Assembly (NCBI GenBank): GCA_020629955.1
Contig: JAHDCI010000001.1
Span: 11,646 to 75,645 of the forward strand
DNA length: 64,000 nucleotides
Direction of reading: 5' to 3'
DNA from: Myxococcota bacterium
GTDB lineage: Bacteria > Myxococcota_A > Polyangia > Polyangiales > Houyiibacteriaceae
Positions within the stretch are counted from its first letter, which is position 1; each line of letters opens with the position of its first letter. Position numbers and translations under genes: made by a program. The notes below the pieces were generated by a model that saw only the letters and a program-made list of their open reading frames with translations, was not told the origin of the DNA and did not search any database. Positions 34,859 through 43,054 of this stretch are shown piece by piece.

Positions 34859-36427
34859 CTAGGGACGAGGCGGTCGCCCGCCACCTCCGCCAGCCTCGAG
34901 GTAGATATAGGTATTGTCCCGCGCGGTCTCGGAGGGAGCATCCCGGAAACAGCTGTTCACGTACGGGAACGTCGGCGTGCCGACGTAGACATAGCCATCC
35001 GCGGTCTCCACGCCGTTGCAGCGATCGAGGTAGACATACCCCGAGTCTTCGAGCGCATCGTCGTGGTCTCGGAACGCATGCGAGCACCAACTATAGTCCG
35101 GGGTCACGCAGCGATTGGATAGGGTTACCGAGTCGCCGTCCTCAACCAACAAGGGGTGACAGTGGAGGCGGCAGAGTCCGCCATCAGGGCAGCAATCGCC
35201 GGCGTCTTCGCACTCCATCAACTCCCGGCCGAAGTAGCTCGCGCTCACCGTCGCGGAGTCGACATTGGGAAGCTCACTCTCGTCATCGGACCAACGAGCG
35301 AGGCCCGCGTAGACATAGCCCGAACGAGCCCGTCGAAGATCCGTACACGAGCCATCGTCCGCACGCGCCATGCAAAGACAGGTGCCGCGCATCGGATGAC
35401 CGTCATAGGACCAGCCGACGATATCCGACTCGCTCTCGCAATCCGCTTCATCGAGGTCTTCCACCACGAACGCGGTCGCACCCGTCGCATAACCGTTCGC
35501 CGGGGCGCCGTTTTCATCTTGCTCGAGGCAAACCTCGTTGATCCAGTGGTTGTGCGTGATCGCCGCCGGGTGCGTGCCGCAATAATCGACAAAAAGTGTA
35601 TCCGGGTCGGCGTAAGACCAGAAGAGCGGAGAACCGTAGGGGTCGGGGCGCGCCTCTTCGCAGGGAGCGAAGGCGGGAACGCCCGTGATCAACCCGGCGG
35701 TCTGCCCATAGCAATGGATCTTCGTGTAGACATGCTCGCCATCCGTAATGTGGTGAAGGCCCGTATTCGCGGAACCATCCTCGGTCTCGTACCAGCAGTG
35801 CGAGAAGGGAGGCATCGTCGGTGTCTCGTGCGTAACCGCCATGTTCAGCGCGCTATCGCAGCCATTGATGCCCTCAAATGAATCCGCTGCGGTGCTCTGA
35901 TCGATCGGCGCCGGCGAAAGCGGAATGCGATGCACGATCGGCGTGTCGGCCGTTTCAAAAATCGGGGCTGCCTGCGGCGAATAGTGCGGAAGCGCGTTCG
36001 AAGCGATGTAGGCGTAGTCGGCATCGCAAAGAACCTCGACGCACGGCGTCGCACCATCGCTCCCGTCGGCCGCGATGGTGCCAGCGACCACGATGCCCTC
36101 AAAGTTCATCAGCGACTCTTCGATCGCGAGTCCTTCTGGGCTCGTGCAGCGCTGAAGTGAATCGAGCGAGACATCCGGGTACATCGTCTCGAGAAGGGTC
36201 CAACCCGAACAATTGTCCGTGGAGGGCGGACTGGTATCGGGGTCTGCGTCGAGGTCGCTTGCATCCTGTTCAGGCGCATCGACGCCGCTATCGACGGCAG
36301 CATCGGAGCCCATATCGTCGTCTCCGCATGCGGCCAAGAGGATCGCCGCCAGGAGGCAGGCAAGGCTGCACCAAAAAACATCGTGAAGCGCGCCGTAGGT
36401 CTCTCCCGAGAAGTCATCGTTTTCCAT
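34859..36427 (-). CDS. Cys-rich lipoprotein with a YHYH-domain-like pattern (conserved His replaced)
   Basis: A strong GAAGGAGGA RBS lies 5 nt upstream of the ATG at 36427. The lipobox is LLAAC GDDD. SNALPHYSPQAAPIF...IPLSPAP and DRCNGVETADGYVYVGTPTFPYVNSCF resemble the YHYH family layout as I recall it. Confidence 0.55.
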   Translation of the reverse strand: MENDDFSGETYGALHDVFWCSLACLLAAILLAACGDDDMGSDAAVDSGVDAPEQDASDLDADPDTSPPSTDNCSGWTLLETMYPDVSLDSLQRCTSPEGLAIEESLMNFEGIVVAGTIAADGSDGATPCVEVLCDADYAYIASNALPHYSPQAAPIFETADTPIVHRIPLSPAPIDQSTAADSFEGINGCDSALNMAVTHETPTMPPFSHCWYETEDGSANTGLHHITDGEHVYTKIHCYGQTAGLITGVPAFAPCEEARPDPYGSPLFWSYADPDTLFVDYCGTHPAAITHNHWINEVCLEQDENGAPANGYATGATAFVVEDLDEADCESESDIVGWSYDGHPMRGTCLCMARADDGSCTDLRRARSGYVYAGLARWSDDESELPNVDSATVSASYFGRELMECEDAGDCCPDGGLCRLHCHPLLVEDGDSVTLSNRCVTPDYSWCSHAFRDHDDALEDSGYVYLDRCNGVETADGYVYVGTPTFPYVNSCFRDAPSETARDNTYIYLEAGGGGGRPPRP

Positions 36428-36438
36428 CACGTCCTCCT

Positions 36439-37203
36439 TCACTCGACGGTGATGCGGCAAAGCACGGTGTTATGAGTCTGCAGATTCGCCCCCCAAATGA
36501 ACTCGGCGTCGGGGTCCCAGGTGATATCGTCGTAGCCTTGTTTCGGGTCCACAGCGGCTGCGCTAAAGACGCTTGCCATCGGCCAGCTCGAGTCATCGAA
36601 GTCCATGGCGCGCCAGCCAGCGGGCTCCTCGCTGATCGTCGCCTCACACGTCTCTTCCGGATTTGCATCGTCTTCGCACTCAACGTTGAGCGGGGCTTCG
36701 TGAATCGTGAGACAGCGCCAATCTGCGCTCGAAAGGAGGACCCGTTCGCCGGAGTCCGTATCGGTGATCTGCGCAATGTAGCCACCATCGCCCATCTGCT
36801 GACGCGCGGAACCGATGTACTCAAGCCCGGAGTCGTTCTCGATAAAGTCTTTCAACACAACGTTGACCTGAAAGGGCCGAGAAGCCTCGAACGTGAACGT
36901 CTCCGAGTTGAAGGAACGTTCGGTCGTGATCGGAACGCTGTCCTCCATCACGAGCGTTTCGCCAATGTACATGGAAGACCAGTTGTCCGCCCAGACTTCG
37001 CCTCGGTACGTCACGGTCTCGCTGGAACCACTATCTTCCTCCGGTGAAGCATCGGACATCGCCGCGTCTTCTTCGACAGCAGCATCACCCATCGCACTAT
37101 CCTCGCCTCCATCCGGGATCGAGGCGTCCAAATTTTCGTCGGGATCTGAGCAGCCAAAAGCCACCAGGCAGAGCGCGGCGAACCAAGCAAGTGTTCTTCT
37201 CAT
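36439..37203 (-). CDS. Hypothetical lipoprotein (first gene of the operon divergent from the ECF sigma gene)
   Basis: It starts MRRTLAWFAALCLVAFGC SDPDEN (signal plus lipobox) and continues with an acidic linker and a beta-rich C-terminal domain of unknown family. Confidence 0.6.
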   Translation of the reverse strand: MRRTLAWFAALCLVAFGCSDPDENLDASIPDGGEDSAMGDAAVEEDAAMSDASPEEDSGSSETVTYRGEVWADNWSSMYIGETLVMEDSVPITTERSFNSETFTFEASRPFQVNVVLKDFIENDSGLEYIGSARQQMGDGGYIAQITDTDSGERVLLSSADWRCLTIHEAPLNVECEDDANPEETCEATISEEPAGWRAMDFDDSSWPMASVFSAAAVDPKQGYDDITWDPDAEFIWGANLQTHNTVLCRITVE

Positions 37204-37357
37204 AGAAGACCGACAGCGCGGAAGAGCGAAGCGTTATGGAAAAATCAACAGGGCCGTCCATCGCTGCTACTCATCACGAACTCCGGAATTTCGAGGACGG
37301 TTCTAACGCTACGCGGAAGCCAGCTGTCATATTCTCGCGGCGACCTCGCCTCCCACT

Positions 37358-37939
37358 ATGAGCGATTCTATTCACCAAACGGACTCAACAAGCGCCAAGC
37401 CTCTCGCGGAAGTGGTCGAAGAGGCCACGCGAGGAGATCGGGCGGCGCGAGAAACGCTCGTGCGACGATACCTAAGGCCAGCATATTGCGTCGCGCTTTC
37501 GATCGTTCGGCGACCCGCCGATGCGGAAGATGTCGCGCAGGATTCGCTGATCAAAGCGTTGACCAAAATCGAGACATGCCGATCGCCCGAACGGTTCGAA
37601 GCGTGGTTGATGCAGATCGTTCGCAATCACTCTCGAAACTGGCTCGACCGCCGGCGACTCCGCGACGTCCCTCGATTCGAGGTGCACGAAATGGAACCTG
37701 CGCCAGGGGAAAAGACGAGCGCAAAAACGGACCGACTGACGCGTCAAAGACAGCTGAGCGAAGCGCTCGCGGGACTGAACGAAACCCAACGGGCCGTGGT
37801 GCTTTTGCATGACCTCGAGGGCTACACCCACCCCGAGATCGCAGACGCTCTCGAACTCTCTGTTGTAAACTCGCGTCAGTACCTCTTTGTCGCCCGCAGG
37901 CGACTTCGCGAGCATCTCGGAGAAGGGGGGAAGCGATGA
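37358..37939 (+). CDS. ECF-subfamily RNA polymerase sigma factor
   Basis: Region 2 is RRYLRPAYCVALSIVRRPADAEDVAQDSLIKA...WLMQIVRNHSRNWL. Region 4 is EALAGLNETQRAVVLLHDLEGYTHPEIADALELSVVNSRQYLFVARRRLRE. Confidence 0.9.
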   Translation: MSDSIHQTDSTSAKPLAEVVEEATRGDRAARETLVRRYLRPAYCVALSIVRRPADAEDVAQDSLIKALTKIETCRSPERFEAWLMQIVRNHSRNWLDRRRLRDVPRFEVHEMEPAPGEKTSAKTDRLTRQRQLSEALAGLNETQRAVVLLHDLEGYTHPEIADALELSVVNSRQYLFVARRRLREHLGEGGKR

Positions 37940-38526
37940 GCAACTCACCAAAAATCCCGGATATGCCAGAGCCCGTCGATCTTTCCGCGCTCGATCCCAC
38001 AAGCGACCCGATTGCGTGGGAAGAACGAATCGCTCAGATCGTGGATCCACCCCTCGATTTCGGCTCGCTCAATCCAACCGGCTCCGAAAACTGGGAAGCA
38101 GGCGTTCAAGGTGTGCTCGATGCCCTCGAGACCGAAGATGCTCTGCATCGCCTTCAAGGCTTCTCGGGCGAAACACTCGAGTCGGCAATCGGCCACATTC
38201 TCGATGCGAGCGCGGCGCCGAATGTCCCGGAAACGCGAGAGCATTTGGTCGCGCACCTGCCGATGGACCGGCAAACCAACGACGAGAGTGAGGACGCTCC
38301 AGCGACCATTGTCACGTTGGCCCCGAGAGCGCTGTCTTTCGCCGCGGCTCTCGCCGCAGCCGCGTGGCTGATTGTATGGGCAATCCCCCGGCAGCCGAGA
38401 GCAATCGCCGAGACCGATCCCGAGATGGCGGTGATGGAGTGGGCGGAAAGTGGAGATGCCTCGGGTTCCGACGCGCTCGAAGCGCTGGGTAGCTGGACGA
38501 CGCTCGACCAGGTGCAAGATGACTAA
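37936..38526 (+). CDS. Putative single-pass anti-sigma factor
   Basis: Its start overlaps the sigma gene's stop (ATGA). It has one TM helix (LSFAAALAAAAWLIVWAI). The call rests on position and topology only. Confidence 0.55.
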   Translation: MSNSPKIPDMPEPVDLSALDPTSDPIAWEERIAQIVDPPLDFGSLNPTGSENWEAGVQGVLDALETEDALHRLQGFSGETLESAIGHILDASAAPNVPETREHLVAHLPMDRQTNDESEDAPATIVTLAPRALSFAAALAAAAWLIVWAIPRQPRAIAETDPEMAVMEWAESGDASGSDALEALGSWTTLDQVQDD

Positions 38527-38986
38527 GCGAAGGCAGGTCGCACCGAGCCTCGTTTTGCTTGCAACGTTCGCCCTCGGTGGGCTCTTCGGTGCAGGCATCT
38601 CGCGTTTTGCCCAGCAGTCCGTGCACCGGGAGCCGCGCAGGGCGCGAAACCCGTTCCCCGTTCATGAGCTCGACCTCAGCGCCGAGCAGCGAGAACGGAT
38701 TCGCGAAATCATGGAATCACATCGACCGGAAGTGCAGGCGATCTTACGGGAAAGCCGCCCAGCCATCGAAGCGATCAACGAGCAGGTGCTGCGCGAGATC
38801 CGCGAGGTCCTCACCGATGCGCAATCTCGCGAGCTTGATCGCCTTCGCTCTCTGCGACCTCCTCCCGGACCACACGGGGGCCCGCCACCGCACGGCGGCC
38901 CACCACCGCACGGCGGCCCGCCACCGCACGGCGGCCCGCCACCGCACGGCGGCCCACCACCGCACGGCGGCCCGTCACCCTTCTGA
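38519..38986 (+). CDS. Periplasmic Spy/CpxP/ZraP-like (LTxxQ-type) protein with a C-terminal (HGGPPP)x6 tail
   Basis: The ATG at 38519 overlaps the anti-sigma stop. The signal anchor is VAPSLVLLATFALGGLFGAG. LSAEQRERIREIM and LTDAQSRELDRL are LTxxQ-like motifs. Six His-Gly-Gly-Pro-Pro-Pro units sit at the C-terminus. Confidence 0.7.
   Translation: MTKRRQVAPSLVLLATFALGGLFGAGISRFAQQSVHREPRRARNPFPVHELDLSAEQRERIREIMESHRPEVQAILRESRPAIEAINEQVLREIREVLTDAQSRELDRLRSLRPPPGPHGGPPPHGGPPPHGGPPPHGGPPPHGGPPPHGGPSPF
38873..38980 (+). repeat. 18-nt in-frame tandem repeat x6 (CACGGCGGCCCRCCACCG) encoding HGGPPP
   Basis: Direct reading shows units starting at 38873, 38891, 38909, 38927, 38945 and 38963. Confidence 0.9.
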
Positions 38987-39102
38987 AGATGTCGGGCGCC
39001 AAATACTTTTGCGAGTTTCGACCTAACACTTCTCGTAATGAAACAGTCTTCTTATCAAACATTGTTTAAGGAAGTCTTAAACAAGATAACGGAAGACTCA
39101 TC

Positions 39103-39375
39103 ATGAAAAAAACCACCCTCCTATTCGTAATTGCGGCACTCGCCGCCCCTCTCGCCATAGCATCTGCACAGCGCGGCGGAGACCACCGCGAGGGCGGACG
39201 ACGGCACGGGCCGCCGCCAGAAGCCTTTGCTGCCTGCGAGCAACAAGACGAAGGCTCTCTCTGTGAATTCGAGACGCCCCGAGGCTCCATCGAGGGTGTG
39301 TGTCGTATCCCGCGCGGAGAAGACCTCGTATGCGTGCCTCGCGAGATGGATGAGCGTCATCGGCAGCGAAGCTAG
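39103..39375 (+). CDS. Small secreted 4-Cys protein (90 aa), unknown family
   Basis: The signal peptide is MKKTTLLFVIAALAAPLAIASA. The mature part is basic/His-containing at its N-terminus (GGDHREGGRRHGPPPEAF), followed by CEQQDEGSLCEF...GVCRIPRGEDLVCVP. Confidence 0.6.
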   Translation: MKKTTLLFVIAALAAPLAIASAQRGGDHREGGRRHGPPPEAFAACEQQDEGSLCEFETPRGSIEGVCRIPRGEDLVCVPREMDERHRQRS

Positions 39376-39423
39376 GCTGCCTCAATCCCCTCACGTGGAA
39401 GCGCCGATTCTAAGGCGACGCGC

Positions 39424-39453
39424 AAAAAGCCCTCTATGGAAGAGGGCTTTTCT
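39424..39453. terminator. Bidirectional intrinsic terminator between the small secreted gene and glmU
   Basis: A perfect 9-bp stem AAGCCCTCT-ATGGA-AGAGGGCTT is flanked by an A5 run upstream and T-rich sequence downstream. Confidence 0.6.
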
Positions 39454-39472
39454 CGTTCTCGAGGGTGAGCCG

Positions 39473-40870
39473 CTACTTCTTCGCGGCTTTCATTCGGGCC
39501 CGAAGGCGCGACGCATAACCATCCTTGTTGACCTGCTTGGTCCGGCTCATCGCCAGCGCATCTGAAGGAACATCTTTGGTCACCGTCGATCCGCTCGCGA
39601 CATATGCGCCCTTTCCGACCGTGAGCGGCGCAACAAGCTGCGAATCGCTCCCGATAAATACTCCGTCCTCGAGCACCGTGGTGTGCTTTTGCACGCCATC
39701 GTAGTTGCAGAAGATCGTTCCGGCGCCGACATTCACGCCTTCTCCGAGGATTCCATCTCCGACATAAGAGAGATGATTCACCTTCGAACCTCGTCCAACA
39801 GTTGTCTTCTTTGTTTCGCAGAAGTTACCGACTTTGCTCTCCGGTCCAAGCTTTGTGTGGGGACGCAAATGAGAGAAGGGTCCAACGTTGGCCGCCTCTC
39901 CGATCGAACTCTCCGTCGCGACGGTGTACGGCTTTAGGGTCGCGCCGCCATGCACCTCCACATCTTTGAGCACGCAGCCGACGTCGACGCGCGCGCCGCT
40001 ATGCACGATCGTCTTCCCGCGCAGGTGCACATTCGGTTCGATCACAGCATCGGGCTCAAGCACGCACTCCGCACCGATAAAGGTGCCGAAAGGATCGCGA
40101 ATCGTGACGCCGCTGCGCGCCCAGGCGATGTTGATCCGGAGCCGGAGTGTTTTCTCGACCTCTGCGAGCTGCGAGCGATCGTTGACGCCCATCATCTCCG
40201 CCATATCCCCGAGAAGATCGACGACTGGCGTTTCCGACATCGCGATAAGGTCGGTCAGGTAGAGTTCTCCCTGCGCGTTATCGTCCGTTAGCCGGCTCAT
40301 CGCATCGCGCGCAAACGCGGCATCGAAAACGTAAAGCCCAGGGTTCACCTCGCAGATTTCTTTTTGCTCTGGCGTGCAATCCCGGTCTTCGACGATCGCG
40401 GTAACGACACCCGATTCGTTGCGGACGATGCGGCCGTAACCGCGCGGGTCGTTTTTCGTCGCGACCATGAGCCCCGAGCTCGCGTTTTCGCTCTTCGTCA
40501 CCAAGGTTTTTAGAGTCACCGCGGAAAGCGCAGGGCAATCTCCGTAAAGAACCAATAGGCGACCCTGGTAGTCTTGGAGCGCGGCGTCCATCGCACAGCG
40601 AACGGCGTGTCCTGTGCCGCGCTGTTCTTCCTGGACAGCAAAGCGCACTCGGTCCTCAAACTCGTCTTTGAGCAAAGACATCACCGCGTCACGACCGTGG
40701 CCGACCACAACCACGCACTCGGAAGCGCCAGCATCGAGCGCCGCCTGCACCACCCAGCTGACCATCGGTCGCTCGCAGACCTCGTGAAGGACCTTCGGAA
40801 GCGCGCTCTTCATGCGCGTCCCCTGCCCTGCTGCCAATACGATTCCGACCAGCGATTGCTCCTGCGACAT
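39473..40870 (-). CDS. glmU: Bifunctional UDP-N-acetylglucosamine pyrophosphorylase / GlcN-1-P N-acetyltransferase
   Basis: The motifs are VLAAGQGTRMKSALPKVLH and LVLYGDCP, followed by a left-handed beta-helix hexapeptide region and NYDGVQKHTTV. Confidence 0.97.
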   Translation of the reverse strand: MSQEQSLVGIVLAAGQGTRMKSALPKVLHEVCERPMVSWVVQAALDAGASECVVVVGHGRDAVMSLLKDEFEDRVRFAVQEEQRGTGHAVRCAMDAALQDYQGRLLVLYGDCPALSAVTLKTLVTKSENASSGLMVATKNDPRGYGRIVRNESGVVTAIVEDRDCTPEQKEICEVNPGLYVFDAAFARDAMSRLTDDNAQGELYLTDLIAMSETPVVDLLGDMAEMMGVNDRSQLAEVEKTLRLRINIAWARSGVTIRDPFGTFIGAECVLEPDAVIEPNVHLRGKTIVHSGARVDVGCVLKDVEVHGGATLKPYTVATESSIGEAANVGPFSHLRPHTKLGPESKVGNFCETKKTTVGRGSKVNHLSYVGDGILGEGVNVGAGTIFCNYDGVQKHTTVLEDGVFIGSDSQLVAPLTVGKGAYVASGSTVTKDVPSDALAMSRTKQVNKDGYASRLRARMKAAKK

Positions 40871-41114
40871 CCATTACCTCCGTGGATTCGAGACGCTCTC
40901 ATCCCCGCTCGGTCCGGTCAATCTTCCGTTGGGAGAAAGCTCCGGCGTGCGCTCTCGGCACAGATGTACGGCATGCGTCTCGCATCGGGGGACTCCCACC
41001 GCACACCAATACTTCGCGAGACGAAAACAGTCCTTTCTTCACCACCCGCTCGATCGAGTCTCCTGCATTGGAAGATTCTATCTCCACGAAAAATCGATTA
41101 CGCTCGGAGAGGCA

Positions 41115-42914
41115 ATGAAAGCCTATCGACGTTTCGGCGGAAGGGTCCCGCCCAATCTCGTCCCCGCTCTTCTTGGGATACTCTGCATCGGGTGCTCCGT
41201 CTCGCACCCGGAGTTGATTTCGGACGGTGGCGTGCGAGACGCGTCGGCAGACGTCGCACTCGATAGCGATCAGCAATGTTCCTCGCCATCGGATTGCGAG
41301 GTACCCGACCCTTGTGTCTCCGCCGTTTGTAGTGGCGGCCGCTGCGTACTCACGCCCGATTCGCGGCTCTGTGAGCACGACTTCCAAGTCTGCACGATCG
41401 ATGAGGGGTGCGTGTGTGACGCAAGCCGTTGCGGCGCGTTCTGGGCCGACGAAAACACCTGCCAGACGGGCGTGTGCGGACGCGATATCGCGGACGTCGA
41501 GACCTGCATGCCCGCGAGCGCGTGTGGAGATGGCGAAAGCTGCTGCGGCAACGGAACCTGCCTCGACTGCACCGGCTCGGAGGATAGCTGCAACGGCGCG
41601 ACCTGCGAACTGGACGGGGATACTGCCGTTTGCGTCCAGAAGCCCTTCGAAGACGGTATCGCCTGCGACGATGACAACGGGTGCACGCTTGGAGATACCT
41701 GCACCGCGGGCATTTGCGGTGGGGACTCATGCGATTCGATCGGTCTGGACTGCGTCGATGAAGGCGCCGATCGCTTCTGCGGAGGCTGCGATTCAGGCGG
41801 CTCCCCATGCCCGGACGAGTCCACGACGGAGTGCGCGTTCGACGATGAGGGAACCCCGGACACGTGTTCTGGTACGCAAGAAGTGACGACCTTCGCGTGC
41901 GAAGACGATCGTTGTGTTGAACGCTCCGAACCTCGCGAGTGTTTCCGAGATGTGGCTCGAACAGTCGTTTGTGACTCCCGGGAGGAGCGCGGCGGATGCG
42001 AAGCTCGGGAGACCTGCGATTTAGAAGGCGCGCAACGGCGCGACACGTTCTTCTCTTTTTGCACGACCGACGGTGGGTGCGAAGAGTCGGGCTCCCCGGA
42101 AACAGACTCCACGACGTGCGATCGAGTCGTCGCCGGAGATTCGTGTGCGGAACCAACTCTTGACGATGTTTGTGAGGAAGCGTGCGTCCCTGCCGACCCA
42201 GCGAATATCTGCTCTACGCTTGGACGCTGTCGTGCGCGGCGCAGTGTCTTCGCGTGTACGGCGGAGGGCGACTGCGAAGATGTCTGTGACGGTTCCGCGG
42301 ATGAGATGTGCTTTATGGACATCGACTGCGAGCTCGACAGCACCGACGGCATCGCCTGCGGAGAAGATCAGACCGACAACCTTGAATGCACCACCGATCC
42401 CGCGGGCGAAGGCGTTTGCCCCATGGGCATGCGACAGATCAGAATCCGCCCCCGAGTGTGCGATTCCGGCGCTTGTATTTTGGGCGAGGAGCGACTGGAG
42501 ACCATGGCAGATTCGGACTGCGACCGAGACGGCGAGATGTGCGACGACGACGTCGTTGTTCCAGGAGATGAATGCACGCCGGCCGCTCGCGATTCATGCG
42601 TTGGGCGCCGAGAGGTGCAGACAACCACTTTTCAATGCTTGGGAACCTCATGCGAAGGGACTCCCGGATTGGCGACGTTTGAGGAGTGTGACCTCCCCGA
42701 AGGCTCCGTCTGCGGCGGGTCGGAGCGTTGTGTTTTGAACAGCGCGTGCCGTGGGGTGCTGGCGGTCACGCCGTCGATGTGTGACGCATCCGGCGATTGT
42801 GTCCCCGGCACCGAAGAGATGACGGACCGGCCTTGCGAAATGCCCGAGGCGTGCCTCGAGGCGAGCGAGATGTGTTGCGAGGACGGAAGCTGCTCCAATA
42901 GCTGCGTGATGTAA
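41115..42914 (+). CDS. Large Cys-rich secreted lipoprotein (about 599 aa, more than 70 Cys)
   Basis: The ATG at 41115 gives MKAYRRFGGRVPPNLVPALLGILCIGC S (lipobox). Repeated modules such as DGIACDDDNGCTLGDTCTAGICGG are typical of myxobacterial Cys-rich repeats. Confidence 0.7.
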   Translation: MKAYRRFGGRVPPNLVPALLGILCIGCSVSHPELISDGGVRDASADVALDSDQQCSSPSDCEVPDPCVSAVCSGGRCVLTPDSRLCEHDFQVCTIDEGCVCDASRCGAFWADENTCQTGVCGRDIADVETCMPASACGDGESCCGNGTCLDCTGSEDSCNGATCELDGDTAVCVQKPFEDGIACDDDNGCTLGDTCTAGICGGDSCDSIGLDCVDEGADRFCGGCDSGGSPCPDESTTECAFDDEGTPDTCSGTQEVTTFACEDDRCVERSEPRECFRDVARTVVCDSREERGGCEARETCDLEGAQRRDTFFSFCTTDGGCEESGSPETDSTTCDRVVAGDSCAEPTLDDVCEEACVPADPANICSTLGRCRARRSVFACTAEGDCEDVCDGSADEMCFMDIDCELDSTDGIACGEDQTDNLECTTDPAGEGVCPMGMRQIRIRPRVCDSGACILGEERLETMADSDCDRDGEMCDDDVVVPGDECTPAARDSCVGRREVQTTTFQCLGTSCEGTPGLATFEECDLPEGSVCGGSERCVLNSACRGVLAVTPSMCDASGDCVPGTEEMTDRPCEMPEACLEASEMCCEDGSCSNSCVM

Positions 42915-43054
42915 TGGGCTGAACGCCGCGTGGTGCACGGCTGTCGACCACGGCGTAGTACACGGGAAGGCGTGCAGCGCGACGAAGGAAATGGGCGACA
43001 GCCTCCGATTTCGCCTTGCCCCGGCGACCAAAGAACAGTTCACTGTTTGGTGAA

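Noticed and set aside
34411-37047. Long plus-strand ORFs (34411..35541, 35156..35881, 35878..37047) across the lipoprotein operon.
   Set aside because: They are extremely Arg/Ser/Pro-rich, overlap one another in different frames, and are antisense to genes with lipoboxes and a perfect RBS. I treat them as high-GC artefacts.
37278-37306. An ECF-type autoregulatory promoter (GAACTC ... TCTAA) upstream of the sigma gene.
   Set aside because: The motifs resemble the GGAAC/TCTAA-type consensus, but the spacer is 18 nt, longer than the usual 16-17. The match is too weak to call a feature without transcription-start data.
41270-42352. A 360-aa Ser/Pro/His-rich ORF, plus ORF 41350..42156, antisense to the Cys-rich lipoprotein gene.
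   Set aside because: Its low-complexity composition mirrors the Cys/Asp/Gly codons on the sense strand. It has no signal, RBS or domain pattern. The sense-strand lipoprotein has a lipobox and repeated Cys modules.
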